From Fimicolochytrium jonesii (lineage: Eukaryota): DNA of 64,000 bases. The stretch covers positions 186,001 through 250,000 of the forward strand of contig NW_026515689.1 in NCBI RefSeq assembly GCF_025526975.1, given 5' to 3'. The notes beneath the pieces were generated by a model. That model did not search any database and was not told the DNA's origin. It saw only the letters and a program-made list of their open reading frames with translations. Position numbers and translations under genes: made by a program. Positions 11,901 through 26,793 of this stretch are shown piece after piece; position 1 is the stretch's first letter, and each line of letters begins with the position of its first letter.

Positions 11901-14900
11901 AATATTGAGGGATACTCGAACCTTCGAACATGGACGCAACAACTCAATGACCGGATCGAGAGCGTGCTTTCCGTTCGCTTGGACGCAGCCATGCAGGTAC
12001 CGGTTGATGGTCACGTATGTTTGGAAACCATGGCCCGATTGTAATATTCGTCTCCAACGTTTAGGCGTGGATATCTGCGTTCGTCGGCCAAAAGCAAGAT
12101 GCCGCGATGGATACCAAACGGCGAAAGCTGCCCGGGGCTGGAAAAGATTCCAAAAATGTTCAGGAGACGGACAATGAAGCCAAGACGCGGTCCACGTATG
12201 CCCCGAACCTCGAGACCTTGGTGCATGAGATCATCCTCAAGGATCAAGTCATGTCCGTGTCTCCGCCCATTGAGGAAGCAAGGAAGAACTGGATACAACA
12301 GCTACATTCCTGGTTAGGTACGTGCCGGCCATATACTTTGCTGATTGTACGATCGGATCCCCTGTATCGCGGGATCGTTGACTGATGTCGCGTCTCTACA
12401 GCAAACGTTTGCTCGCTGACCTTCATCCAAAGCTCAACCTACGACATGGCCGTTGCTACAAAGACGAACGAGCCGTCGTCATTCGCAAAACTGGTGAGTT
12501 CCTCCCGTTCATTATTTGCTGACCGAAATCGTTACTTATCTGCCGTCAGTTACACCGAGTTTCCTCAAAAGTTGAACAATGTTACGATGCCATTGAGCTC
12601 AAGACGAAGGAATTGCGGGACTACTGCGATATCTGGCTCCAATACCAGTCCTTATGGGATTTGGAATCATTCTATGTCTTTGAATTCCTGGGGGATAATC
12701 TTCGGAACTGGCAACAGCTCGTGCTGGAGGTCAAGCGAGCTCGGTCAACGTTCGACACCTCCGAAACCTCAAAGTCCTTCGGATGGGCAGTTGTCGATTA
12801 CGAGCAGGTCCAGTCGAAGGTCAACACGAAATATGATCAATGGCAACGTGAGATCCTCAGCAGATTCGGAGCAAAATTAGGCACGAGCATGAGAAGCTTG
12901 TTTGACTCTGTGGCACATGCCCGAACAGAGCTTGAGCAGCACGCCATTGACGGGAGCTCCACGTCGGAGGCCGTTACGTTCATAACCTTCTTGCAGTCAG
13001 TTCGCAAAAACGTCGAAGACTGGGCGGACTCGGTATCCATCTTCAAATCTAGTCAACGGATTTTGGAGCGTCAACGCTTCCAATTTCCGAATGATTGGCT
13101 ATACTACGACAACATTGAAGGAGAATGGGGAGCTTTCAATGAAATTCTTCGTCGGAAGAATGATGCTATCAGGCAGCAGATAGGTACGTGGAGGAAGTGG
13201 TCACTCCTTGCGCAAAAGCTCCCCCTGACGAGTCGCTATCGTTGATGTAGGATCACTGCAGCAAAAGATCATAGCGGAAGACAAATCCGTCACCAAAAAG
13301 ATCAAGGAACTTGCTGCAGATTGGGAAGAGCGCAAACCTGTGCAAGGTCAACTCAAACCGGCCGAGGCGTTGGCTCTGCTGAACCTGATGGAAGTTCGTG
13401 TCACGCGAATCAAAGACGAGTACGATCAGGTGTATCGAGCGAAGGACGCTTTGGACCTCGATCGCAAGAAGGACCCTCGCCTGGAAATTGTTCTGGAAGA
13501 GCTTCGCGATCTCAAAGAAGTGTGGACTTCACTTTCCACGCTGTGGTCCGGAATCGGCGAAATCCGTGAAACTCACTGGAACGCTGTTGCTCCTCGCAAA
13601 ATACGTCAGCAGCTCGACCGGTTACTTCTGTCCATGAAGGAGATGGGCAATCGCGTTCGGCAATATGCTGCATTTGACTATGCGAGGAACATCCTTCAGC
13701 GCTACCTAGATGTAAATTCGCAAATCACGGAATTGAGATCTGACGCTGTCAAGGAGCGCCATTGGAAGCAATTGTTCCGTGACCTTGGGTTGGAGAGCCA
13801 AGTCACCCTTACTGACCTGACCATCGGGCATCTGTGGGATATCGACCTCCGCAAAAACGAACTAAAAGTACGAGATGTCTTGACAGTGGCACAGGGCGAA
13901 ATGGCCCTCGAGGTGTTCCTCAACCAAGTCAAGGAAACGTGGTCCGCATTTGAGTTGGAACTGGTGGCCTATCAGAACAAGTACCGGTTGATCAAAGGAT
14001 GGGATGATCTGTTCGCAAAATGCTCAGAAAACCTCAATTCTCTCGTCGCTATGCGGCATTCGCCTTATTTCCGAGTTTTCGAAGAAGAAGCTTTGGGTTG
14101 GCAGGATAAGCTGACACGCGTGCAAACGTTATTCGACGTCTGGATCGATGTGCAGCGACAATGGGTGTACCTGGATGGTATCTTCTCGAACAATGTGGAC
14201 ATCAAGCATTTGCTACCCGTTGAAAGTGCAAGGTTTCAAAGCATCAACACTGAGTTTATGACTTTGATGAAGAAAGTTTACAAGTCACCTTTCGTGTTGG
14301 ACGTCCTTAATATTCCTGGAGTTCAGAAGGCGATGGACCGACTGGCGGATTTGCTTGTGAAGATCCAGAAAGCCCTTGGAGAATATCTGGAACGAGAGCG
14401 ATCGGCCTTCCCCCGGTTCTACTTCGTCGGGGATGAGGACCTTCTCGAATTGCTCGGCAACAGCAAGGATATTATCAGGCTGCAAAAGCATCTGAAGATG
14501 ATGTTCGCTGGGATTTCAAGTCTGATTCTCTCTGAAGACACGCTGACCGTGGAAGGAATCAAATCCAAAGAAGGCGAAAGCTTAAGCCTTGTTCACCCCA
14601 TCTCGATCAAGGACAACCCTCGCATCATCGATTGGTTGAAGATGCTTGAGCACGAGATGCAAGTGTCGCTTGCAACGCATCTGTCGGAAGCGGTTGCAGC
14701 TCAAGCCACCTATTGCGATGGCACAAAGCTGGATGGACCTGCATTTTTGAAATGGATTCAGGCCTATCCGGACCAGTTGGTCGTTCTTGGAATGCAGATT
14801 TTGTGGACGAAGTTAGTGGAGGACGTCCTGCGAAGTTCCGGATCTCTCGCGCATACAGCTGGAATAATCGAGTCGGCTCTGAACATCCTCGCGGACTTGG

Positions 14901-17900
14901 TGCTTGAAGATTTAGAGTTGACCTACCGGCGCAAATGTGAGCATTTGATCACGGAGCTGGTGCATCAAAGGGATGTCATCCGGACCCTACTCAAGCGCAA
15001 AGTCACAAGCCATTTCGACTTCCAATGGCTCTACCATATGCGATTCTACTTCGACCCCAAAGTTGTAGAGCCGATGGCCCGCCTATCGGTGAGGATGGCA
15101 AATGCTAAGTTTTCTTATGGTTTCGAGTATCTGGGGATCACCGATCGCCTCGTGCAAACCCCTTTGACAGACCGGTGTTATCTGACACTCACACAAGCTT
15201 TGGCCGCACGTCTGGGAGGAAGTCCCTTCGGACCAGCTGGAACGGGAAAGACCGAGAGTGTGAAGGCGCTGGGTACTCAGCTTGGTCGGTTCGTTTTGGT
15301 CTTCTGTTGTGACGAAAACTTCGACTTCCAAGCGATGGGTCGCATCTTCATCGGCTTGTGTCGAGTTGGAGCCTGGGGATGCTTTGACGAATTCAACAGG
15401 TTGGAGGAACGCATCCTATCAGCTGTATCTCAGCAGGTCCAAACCATACAACTGGGCCTTAAGAGCGGCGCCAGCGTCGAGCTGGTTAGCAAGTTAGTCA
15501 CCGTGGATCCGAACACGGGAATCTTCATCACCATGAATCCCGGGTATGCAGGACGATCGAACCTACCCGATAACCTGAAGAAGTTGTTCAGAAGTGTCGC
15601 GATGACCAAGCCGGATAGAGAGCTCATCGCTCAAGTCATGCTATTCTCTCAAGGCTTCCGATCGGCCGAGCTTCTCGCGTCGAAGGTGGTACCACTTTTT
15701 GTCCTCTGTGCGGAGCAGCTATCTGCTCAAAGTCACTACGATTTCGGGTTGCGTTCTTTGAAAAGTGTACTCATCAGCGCCGGTAATTTGAAACGAGAGG
15801 CGTTGCAAGGTGCTGCACGTGGAGGGAAGACGATCGGAGCGTCTGGCGACGTATCCGACGCCGCTGGAGAGCAGTACCTGCTTATTCGAAGTATTCGGGA
15901 GACGATGGTTCCAAAGCTTGTAGCCGAAGATATCACGTTACTGCACAGGTGAGTGAGAGCTTCAAACGTCTCTCATGTGGTTCCCTAGCAACTGAAAGTG
16001 TTACTCGTTAGTCTACTCGAAGATGTATTCCCAGGAATCAACTACAGCCCATTCGCGTTGGACGAGCTACAGCTAGCGATCAAAGGAGCCTGTGCGAAAC
16101 GCCAACTGGTTGCCGAGGGACCTTGGCTGGACAAGGTCATCCAGCTCTACCAAATACACAATATACATCACGGGTTGATGATGGTGGGTCCATCCGGTTC
16201 GGGGAAGAGTACCGCCCATCAAGTTTTGCTGGAGGCGTTGCAGAAAATCGATGGAATCGAAGGTGTCTCGTATGTTATCGATCCGAAGGCGATGTCTAAA
16301 GAGTCGCTGTATGGAAATATGGACTCGACCACCCGCGAATGGCACGATGGTCTTTTCACGCAGATTTTGAGGAGGATCGTTGACAACGTGCGTGGAGAAG
16401 CCGCGAAGCGCCACTGGATCATCTTCGATGGCGACGTCGATCCGGAATGGGTCGAAAACCTCAATGCTGTCCTTGACGATAACAAAATGCTGACGCTGCC
16501 CAACGGTGAGCGTCTGAACCTGCCACCCAATGTCCGCATAATGTTCGAGGTCGAGAATCTGAAGCAAGCAACTCTTGCCACCGTCAGTCGATGCGGGATG
16601 GTGTGGTTCAGTGACTCCACTGTGGATATGGAATTGTCCATCGCCCACTACATGGAAACGCTTCGCACGGTGTCGGTCACAGACGCAGATGATACAGTCG
16701 CATTCGCTTCTACCCAAGTGGATACGCAAGCTCCGGCGCTGGAAGTGCAGCGCATAGTGGCCGATATTCTATCGGCTCACATGCAGAAGGACGGTCTTGT
16801 TCACCGTGCTTTACGGAAAGCCGAAGCTATGGAACACATCATGGATTTCACAAGAATTCGGGCCCTCAAAGCGCTGTTTGGATTGATCAATAGTTCGTTG
16901 CGGAACATTTCGGACTACAACCTGTCCCATCCGGACTTTCCCCTGACCGTGCAGCTTCTCGAAGATTACATCACCAAGCGCTTGCTGTTGGCTATCCTCT
17001 GGAGTTTCACAGGAGATTCGAAGCTGGAGACTAAGATTGAAATGGCGACGTACCTGCGGACTCTGACCGCAATAGATCTTCCCGGAGGAGGTTCTTCTTT
17101 AATCGACTTCGACGTAGATGTGGCCACAGGGGAATGGATTGCTTGGCAATCCAGAGTGCCTACGGTGGAAATCGAAACCCATAACGTTTCCGGTGCAGAT
17201 GTCGTTATCCCTACCGTCGACACAGTTCGACATGAGGAGACGCTTTACTCTTGGTTGTCTGAGCATAAGCCACTGATTCTCTGTGGACCTCCGGGGTCCG
17301 GAAAGGTAATTCTTTCAAATTTCGGTTTTCACTCAACGTTTCGGTCAATGACCTTCCGTCTTCCCATAGACTATGACTTTATTTTCAGCATTGCGAAAGT
17401 TACCGGAGATGGAAGTGGTTGGTCTCAACTTTTCCAGTGCCACTACTCCCGAGTTGATCATGCGCACTTTCGAGCAACATTGTGAATATCGCAAGACCCC
17501 TTCTGGCACAGTGTTGGCACCCTTAGCTGTGGGCCGCTGGCTTGTTTTCTTCTGCGATGAAATCAATCTTCCGGCCGCGGACAAATATGGAACGCAACGG
17601 GTGATATCTTTCATTCGGCAGCTCGTTGAGCACGGAGGCTTCTGGCGACGTTCAGACCATTCCTGGGTTCGCTTGGAGAGGATCCAGTTTGTCGGAGCAT
17701 GCAATCCGCCAACTGATCCAGGCCGAGTTCCCCTATCTCATCGATTCCTCAGACACGCGCCAGTACTTATGGTCGACTATCCAGGCGAGGCGTCGCTGCT
17801 ACAAATTTACGGCACGTTCAACAGGGCCATGCTTAGAGTTGTTCCAAGCCTTCGCGGCTATTCAAACCCCTTGACTGCCGCAATGGTCGAGTTCTACTTG

Positions 17901-20900
17901 ACATCGCAGAAGCGGTTCACGCCAGACATGCAAGCACATTATATGTATTCGCCCCGCGAACTTACTCGATGGGTCCGAGGGATCTTCGAGGCCATTAAAC
18001 CGCTGGAAAGCATGAATGTGGAAGGGTTGGTGAGAATCTGGGCTCACGAGGGACTTCGACTATTTCAAGATCGGCTAGTCGAGCAAAAGGAGCGAGAATG
18101 GACAGACAAGCTCATTGATACCGTCGCTGGACAGCACTTCCCCGGGATAAATTCCGAGGACGCCCTATCGCGTCCCATCCTTTTCTCTAATTGGCTATCG
18201 AAGGACTACGTTCCAGTGGCCGCTCAAGATCTTCGAGTTTTCGTACAAGCTCGGCTCAAAGTCTTCTACGAAGAAGAGCTCGATGTCCCACTTGTCTTAT
18301 TTGACGATGTTCTGGAGCACGTCCTGAGGATTGACCGGGTGTACCGGCAAATGCAGGGTCATTTGCTACTTATCGGCATTAGTGGTGCTGGAAAGACAAC
18401 TCTAGCGCGTTTCGTCGCATGGATGAATGGTCTCAGCGTCTTCCAGATCAAAGTTCACAACAAATACTCTGACCTTGATTTTGACGAGGACCTCAGAACC
18501 ATTTTGCGCCGAGCAGGCTGCAAGGGAGAGAAAGTGTGCTTCATCATGGATGAGTCGAATGTTCTCGAATCGGGCTTCCTGGAGAAAATGAACACCTTGT
18601 TGGCGAATGCAGAGATTCCTGGCTTGTTTGAGGGAGACGAGCTTGCGTCGGTTCTCTCAATATGCAAGGAAACGGCGCATAGAGAGGGAACGACATTGAC
18701 AACCGCGGAAGAAACCTACAAATGGTTCACAACACAGATCATGAAAAACCTTCACGTCGTTTTCACCATGAACCCGCCACAAGATGGCTTAGCCTCTCGA
18801 GCAGCTACATCTCCTGCGCTATTCAATCGTTGTGTTCTCGATTGGTTTGGCGATTGGTCCAACCAGGCTCTTTACCAGGTTGGGCAGGAGTTCACGCATT
18901 TATTGGATATTGAGCATCGACGCTACGAAGCCCCGCTCCCGTTTCCTATCGTTTACGAGGATCTTGCGATGCCGCCAATTTATCGCGACGCAGTCATCAA
19001 TGCCTTCGTGTTCGTCCATAGGTCACTGCGTGACGTGAATGAGAGGCTTCTCAAACGGCAGGGCCGAGTTAATTTTGTGACGCCTCGACATTATCTGGAT
19101 TTCATCAACCACTACGTCGAACTCTTCCGCGAGAAGCGTGAGGACCTGGAAGATCGACAGCGCCATCTCAATGTCGGACTTGACAAACTCAAGGAAACTG
19201 TTACCAAGGTGGAAGAACTGAGGATAAGTTTGGCTTCGAAAAGACGAGAACTCGAAGTGAAGAACAAAGAAGCGAATGAAAAGTTACAACGAATGGTAGC
19301 TGGGCAGCAGGAGGCGGAGCAGAAAAAACAGGCCTCTCTGGAAATCCGGGCTGAACTCGAGCGACAAAATTGTGAGATTGACCAACGCAGAGACATTGTT
19401 CTGGCTGACCTCGCCGAAGCGGAGCCAGCCGTGCTCGAAGCACAAAACAGCGTCAGCGGCATCAAGAAACAACATTTGCAGGAGGTCAGAACCATGAGTA
19501 ACCCGCCGGAAGCAGTCAAGATGGCTATGGAGTCCGTATGTATCCTTCTGGGCAACAAAATCGATTCATGGAAAGCTGTGCAACAGGTCATCAGAAAAGA
19601 CGATTTCATCCCGAGCATCGTCAACTTTGATACTGACAAGATGAACACGAGGCTTCGAGAAGAGATTGAACAAAACTACCTAACGAATCCGAAATTCAAC
19701 TTCGAAACGGTAAACCGTGCTTCGCAAGCTTGCGGGCCTCTAGTCCAATGGGCTATCGCGCAAGTGAAATACTCTGGCATTTTGGAGCGAGTTGGACCAT
19801 TGCGGAGAGAAGTCCAGCAGTTGGAGGCGAAAGCAGAGGTCGCCCAGCAGAGAGCGACTGCCATCGAGGCTATGATTCACCAGCTTGAGGAGAGCATTGG
19901 GAAGTACAAGGAGGAATACGCCGTTCTGATCAGCGAGACGCAATCTATCAAGACAGAGATGGAGACCGTCCGCACCAGAGTGGACAGAAGTTTGCGCTTA
20001 CTAGACGACCTCTCTTCCGAACGGGAGCGTTGGGAGTCGGGAAGTCAAACTTTTGGGGAACAGATGGCGACCATCGTGGGAGACGTCCTAATCTCAGCAG
20101 CCTTCATCGCGTATGCCGGATTCTTCAGTCAAGAGTACCGATCCTTACTGGTAAACAGATGGACGCAGCATTTGAAGCTGGCTGGGATCAACTTCAGAGA
20201 GGAGCTTTTCCTTCCGGAATACTTGTCAACTGTGGACGAGAGGATCGATTGGCAGACGAAGTCGCTTCCGGCCGATGGTCTTTGCACTGAAAATGCCATT
20301 ATGCTGAAGCGGTTCAATCGATACCCTCTGCTCATCGATCCATCGGGACAAGCGACCACTTTCCTCACAAATCATTACAAAGAGCGGCGTTTGACCATCA
20401 CCAGTTTCCTGGACGACTCGTTCCTGAAGGTGCTAGAGTCGGCCCTTCGATTTGGCAATCCGCTACTTGTCCAAGATGTCGAGTACTTGGATCCTATTTT
20501 GAACGCAGTGTTGAACAAAGAGCTGCGTAGAACTGGGGGACGAGTTCTCATCCGACTTGGGGGCCATGATATCGACTTCTCACCATCATTCACTCTATTC
20601 CTATCCACTCGTGACGCATCCGCCAACTTTTCTCCCGACTTGTGCAGTCGCGTAACGTTTGTGAACTTCACCGTGACGCGTGAGAGCTTGCAGAGTCAAT
20701 GCCTGCATGAGGTCCTGAAGGCGGAGCGTCCAGATACGGACCAGAAGCGCACCGATCTCATCAAGCTGCAAGGAGAGTTCCAGCTGAAGCTCCGTCATCT
20801 GGAAAAATCCTTGCTCAAAGCTCTCAATGACTCCGAAGGCAACATTCTGGAAGACGATCACGTCATAACGACGTTGGAGACCCTGAAGTTGGAGGCGGCG

Positions 20901-23811
20901 GAAGTCACATGCAAAGTTCGGGAGACGGAGACAATTGCGCAGGAAGTGGAGCACGTCACGAACATGTACACGCCGTTAGCTCAAGCCTGCAGTGCGATAT
21001 TCTTCATCATGGAACGCATGAGCACTTTGAACAGGTGCTATCAATTCTCGCTGGAATTCTTTCTGGAGATCTTTCGGAGTGCATTGTATAACAATTCCGC
21101 ACTGAAAGACGTGCGAGCCCCTACTCAGCGCCTGCCCATACTGACGGATGACCTGTTCACCATCGCTTTCCGGAGGGTTTCCCGCGCTCTTGTCAATGAC
21201 GATCGACTGGTCTTGGCCATATTGCTTGCACGGCTCAAAAGCCTTGGAGTGTCGAGCGCCTTGAGACCCGATGATTTCACAGAACTGTATGGAAGCATTC
21301 ACCAGGGTGGGAATGGAGCGATAGTTTCGGACAAGATATCTCACACTTTCGGGGATGATATGGGGAGAAAGATTGCGGCACTGTGCGCATCGCCTCGGTT
21401 TGTGGGCGTACGATCTCAAATTGAGGGCAACATCTCCGAATGGACAACTTTCCTACAAGACGACAATCCGGAAGTGGCAAGCTTGAAGATAGGAGATCGG
21501 AGCACCTCACAGCGTAAGCGTTTTGTGAAAGCCTTTCGAGTCTGGATGGTCACTGATAATTTCTGCGATTGACTAACAGTATCGGAGAAACTCGATCGAC
21601 TCCTGATTGTCAAGCATTTGCGACCGGACCGTCTGATACCGGCAGCCGCCGAGTTTGTCCAAGCGATTTTCGGTGGAACCCTAGAGCTGACGGCAGAGCA
21701 CGACGTCGAAGCGGTCATTGCGGAAACCGACTCCTCGGTTCCCGTAGTTCTATGCTCAGCCGCCGGATACGATGCAAGTGATCGCGTCGAAGCTCTTGCA
21801 GCTAAACTATCTCATCGCCTAAGCTCCATCGCTATGGGGTCTAGCGAAGGGGCCGCTCTTGCTGAAGCGGCACTGTCGTCGGCCAGCAGATCTGGGCATT
21901 GGGTACTATTGAAAAATGTGCATCTTGCCATCGCTTGGCTCTGCCAGCTGGAGAAACGGCTTCAGAGTCTCAAGTCCCACACAAACTTCAAGCTCTTTCT
22001 GACCATGGAGCCGCATCCGAAGGTGCCTACAAACTTGCTGCGCATGTCCAGAGTGCTCATGTTTGAGTCCCTTGCCGGCATCAAGGCGAACGTCTCCGAG
22101 TCATTTTCTTCCATCGCATCATCCACCATCAAAGCACCAAGCGAGCGGTTGCGCCTGCACTTTCTTCTCTCGTGGTTGGACGCCGTCGTCAAAGAACGGA
22201 TGCGATATGTCCCACTTGGTTGGTCCAAGACGTATGATTTCAACGACGCAGATCAGTCGATGGCGTTGAATGTTATCGATGACTGGGTAGATTCGATATC
22301 CCAAGGTCGCGCCAATATCGCCCCGGAGAATATCCCATGGGAAGCTATTCGAACAATCTTGAAGGAGACAGTGTATGGAGGCAAGATCGATAACGATTTC
22401 GATCAAAGACTGCTGGACACATTCGTCGACCGGTTGTTTACCCCATCGAGCTACAACGTCAATTTCGCCCTGGTCGATGCGGGCGAAAACCAAGCGGCGG
22501 TGCCAATACCGGATGGGATTCGCAAGGAGCAGTTCACATCTTGGATCAAAAGCTTACCGACGCAACAGCCTCCTTCTTGGTTGGGATTGCCGAACAATGC
22601 CGAGATGGTGGTTATGGCAGCCAAAGGTACGGGACGATTTGGCAGAAAGACTTCGTCCTTCTCCCAAAACTGACGCCTTGCATTCTAGGAGCGGATTTGC
22701 TGTCAAATGTTCGAAAGCTGGCGACAATCGAGGAAGACGAAAGCGGAGGTGCGCCGACACCTGGAACTCAAGCTGTCTTACACGAACAAGCCGCTTGGTC
22801 GAAGAGCTTGCGTAAATTGGTCGATGAATGGTTGAGCATCCTCCCGTCGGTAAGAACCGGAAGACCTGTGAACTCTGGTATACTGCAATGGCTAACATTT
22901 CGCGCAATCCAGACTCCGCCGGACCTTACGTACAGCAAAGCATCTGCGGCTGATCCACTTTTCCGCTTTTTTCATCGGGAAATCACCATCGGGAAGGAAT
23001 TATGGCGTATCATTCGCGATGACCTCTCGGAGTTGCGTAAATTATGCGAAGGACAGCGGAAACAAACCAATCATTTGCGTTCTCTGACAGCTTGTCTGTT
23101 ACAAGGTACAACGAGAGTTACTTGAGTGTGCTGACTTGATTTTGCACGTGTTGGAATTCACCGATTATATTACTCCAACTTAGGCTCTGTACCTCAGCAC
23201 TGGCAAAAGCACAAGTTTCCAAAGCGGTTGTCCTCCACTCAGTGGATCCATGACTTCGTCAAACGTCTGGAACATCTTAATCATGCTTCGAAATCAAGCC
23301 GGTACCATGAATTGGATATCTGGATCGGCGGTTTCTTCATGCCCGAAGCTTTCATCACCGCAACGCGTCAGTCGCTTGCGCATGTGCACAAATGTTCATT
23401 GGAAGAGCTGCAGCTGGATGTTGGAATAGTGAGACAAGGTCAAGCTACGTCAGCAATCAAGGACGAAACCAGATTCGTCCTAACAGGTACGCGTCAAGTG
23501 TTCATCGATGGCGGCCCTACATGTAGTAACCTTCCCGTTGCTTTTACATAGGGCTCGGAATTGATGGTGCAGATTGGGCACCAGAAGGCCTCGTTCTTTC
23601 TTCCAAGCCACAAACGCGGCCTGTTGCCATTCAAATCCAGTGGATCAAGAAGGGCTCCAAGGTACCTGCGACGGGTAGTGTCGTCTTACCGGTATATGTA
23701 GATGAAGACAGGAGCGCCACACTCTTCACAGCCTCTTTACCATGCAAGGCCCCATCCGACGCGCTGAACATGATTCAGCGCTCTGTAGCTATCCTAGCCA
23801 ACATATATTGA
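8901..23811 (+). CDS. DYN1: Cytoplasmic dynein 1 heavy chain, about 16 introns
   Basis: Tail motifs '[21 protein letters not shown]' and '[23 protein letters not shown]'. P-loops [24 protein letters not shown] (intron-split) and GISGAGKT. Stalk/MTBD '[20 protein letters not shown]'. Final exon ends '[12 protein letters not shown]' at 23811. Confidence 0.98.
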
Positions 23812-23858
23812 TCACCCTCTCATTGTATGTATATATACACACCGGCCGAATCTGTAAC

Positions 23859-25361
23859 TTATGGTAAATCATGGTAACTTATGGTATCGGCCTGGATTTC
23901 CAATTCCTCGAATTCGACCTTGCGACACAATGGACAACTTTGTGACGCTGCAAACTTTTTGATGCCGGCAAGACAGCGGGCATGGTACACGTGCCCGCAG
24001 CTCGTGATGGAAAGCGTTTTGGCTTTGGTCGTTGCTTGGGAGGTGCCGAGTAACGGCATGATGCAGATGGCGCAATCGTCCGATTTCACGGTTGCGCCGG
24101 CTCGAGTAAGGATTTGCTTCCAGTCCGTTTCGTGATGTGGGTCGGTGGGTGCGAGCTTGAGGCTTTCCAGCAGTGCACCGGTTCTGCAAGGGAGGGATTT
24201 CAGTGGGAGAACCGAGGCGTACCAACTTCCTGACATTTCATACATATCCATGGAGTTCCTGTTCTGCGACAGCTGCCGATCGACATTCGTAATCAAGTTA
24301 TGCACTTCCCGGTTCTCGGCCGCAAATCGAGCCTGCAGCTTATCGGAGTAGCGAGCCAATTTGTCCATGTGCCATTTCGCCAGCAATGCCGGATGTTCTG
24401 GCGGATGTGTTTCACAGTAGCGCAAGTACTTCTTCCGTTCGATGTAGCCTCGATAGGTTTTCTGGATGAGCGTGGCGCTTACGTGCTTGTGCTGTGGGCA
24501 AGAATCGTATCGGTTAGTACTAGAGTTTATGGAAAGGAGGAGGAGACATCGAAGGCACTTACATGCTTTTTCCCTTCGAAGATGAGTCGTTTCTCGTACG
24601 AATCGTCTCGACAGATGGGACAAGATGTCCGCTTGGCGTACCTCTCGAAGGAGTCGAGACATGCCCTATGAAAGGTATGACTGCAGGAGAGGAGGACCTA
24701 TAAAACGTGAGGAAAGTTTCGTACTGCATCCTCCTATACATTCCAAACACACCTGATCCTCGCAACCAAACGGCTCCTGACATATGGGACATCCACTCTC
24801 CATCTCGCCTCTTTCCACCGCCCTTTCCTTTACAACCTTCCAATCTTCCTCGCTTATGCGATCCTTCGGCTTTCCCACCAGTCCCATCTTCTGAGCCAAC
24901 GTCAACGGCGGCCGGGGTGGATCCAAGCTGCGTTCCTTCTCAATCGGGTCTAATGCGATGTCCGATCGAGCGAGTTGCGGTTTGGTATCGACGTTGGTAG
25001 ACCCCGCGGCGGGTGCGATGAGCTTTGAGTGGGCGGTGAGGCAGTGTGCGTGGGCGGTGAGTGCCAGCTGTCGTTCGCGCTGCCATTTCTGGAGCTGGCG
25101 TTTGTGTGGGTTGAGCGGAATCTGTGGAAGTGGAGCTTTGCGGAGTTGAAGGTGTGGTAAACTTGCTGAAGGGTCAGACGGCTCCGCTGTGGATGATGCA
25201 TGGCGTAGCGGATGAGATGGTAGCAGCGCTGGGATGGACGCCGACGAACGCAGCAGTGTATTCAGGTTCAGGGTTCGAACGAAGTGATCTTGCAGAGCTG
25301 CGCTCTTGTAGCAGTGTTCGGATGTTGAGACGGCATGCTTGCGATGTTTATGATTGGGCAT
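23859..25361 (-). CDS. RNF32: RNF32-like RING-IQ-RING protein
   Basis: 'PPLTLAQKMGL...EEDWKVVKERA', RING 'CPICQEPF...VLLSCSHTFHRACL', IQ motif 'ATLIQKTYRGYIERK' and a second RING 'CAICIMPL...SCGHVYHARCL...CPLCR'. Multi-exon. Confidence 0.85.
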
Positions 25362-25569
25362 GGCTTTTCTTCGTTTTCTCGCAGAATATCGAGCTCAGAA
25401 TCGTTGGCAGATCGTGCGGCAATGCGAAATGACAGCATCGGATGGAACTGACAGTTGGCCGAAACACGTCCGTCACAGCCTGTCAAAACCTCTTCCTCTG
25501 TTTTCCTGAGCGTTTCGCCATGTCCATCTTGTTCCTCCGTCAAGGCGTCTTATCCAGACTCCGAACTCG

Positions 25570-26436
25570 ATGACAGTCGACGGCAAAGCCCGCTTCGGTA
25601 CAGGCGCCATTGTCTTCCAGCAACGGGCTTCCGAGCTCGGTGATCCTTGGGCATTGGTATACCATTCCTTGTACTTAAGCTGTTGTCCAACCGTTTGGCA
25701 TGCTGAACCTCAATTACCCAGCGCTACGCAGGCCAGGATGTTTATTTGACCAAGAGGGTAGATATGCTTGTTCCGGGAAAGGAAGGAACGTCACAAGAGG
25801 AAGGTCGAACGGATTTGGAAAGTCAGTTCAGCAAGAAGTGACCCTGAGAACTCGAGCTGACATATATTCGCACAACTGCAGTGTACGAGCCAAAAGAGAC
25901 GGCTATATCCGATCCAGCGGAAGCCTCCGGCAAATATACCAGCACTTATCTCAGCATAGAGTTCCACGTGCTATTCTCCACAACATGGCAATGTCCAACC
26001 CTCTACTTCAACGCCTGGGACGAGTCCGGGAATATGCTTTTCCTATCCGATATGCAAACGGCGCTGCAGGGGAATGTTCCGATAGCGCTTGATGAGAACC
26101 ATCAGCGAACGTCGTATGACATGCCGGCGGTTACTCAGCAGGTAAAGCGGGCGTGTGGTCTAAATAGTTCTCTACATCCCAGCTGACAGAATGGCGGTTT
26201 GCGTACGACAGGAACATCCATATCTCGGCCTGCCATTCTTCTACCTGCATCCATGCCAGACCTCGACGATCATGAAGGAGATACAGGATGGTTTGCGAAG
26301 CAATGATCTGGGGCTGCTGACCTCGTGGATGAGTTGGATGAATGCGATGATTTACCCGTTGCCGTTGTTGCCGTGCGTTAGCGACGATGAGGGCCGAGTG
26401 AGCCTAATGGGGCCTGGTGCAGGCCTTGGCGAGTGA
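25570..26436 (+). CDS. ATG10: Autophagy E2-like conjugating enzyme Atg10
   Basis: 'EFHVLFSTTWQCPTLYFNAWDESG' and catalytic 'QQEHPYLGLPFFYLHPCQT'. N-terminal exon 'MTVDGKARF...FQQRASELGDPW' inferred from ATG 25570, so the start is uncertain. Confidence 0.85.
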
Positions 26437-26793
26437 CACCCATGCATGGCGGTGGGCCCATCGTTAGACATCCTCTGTCTCGAGGGATGGTGGTCGGATT
26501 CTGTGCCATCTAGTATCGTGCATTGTCGCGCCTGCGATCGGATCCGTTCGCCCTCTCCTTCGGGCCTTGGAGAGACGGCTCGACTTGGAGTTCGCTCGAA
26601 ACAACATGTCAGCCGTCTTCAACTCGCAGGCTTCTTCTTTGCTTCCTTCGCGACTTCGTTCCGTTTCGGCTTCGCAACCGGATCGGGTGTCTCCGCGGCA
26701 CCTTTCCCGGGTAACGCAGTATCGGTGCCAAGCGCCTCCTCATTCCCTTTCCGGCTTTCTTCCGTTTCGACTTTGGTGCCGTCTCCGGTGCCT

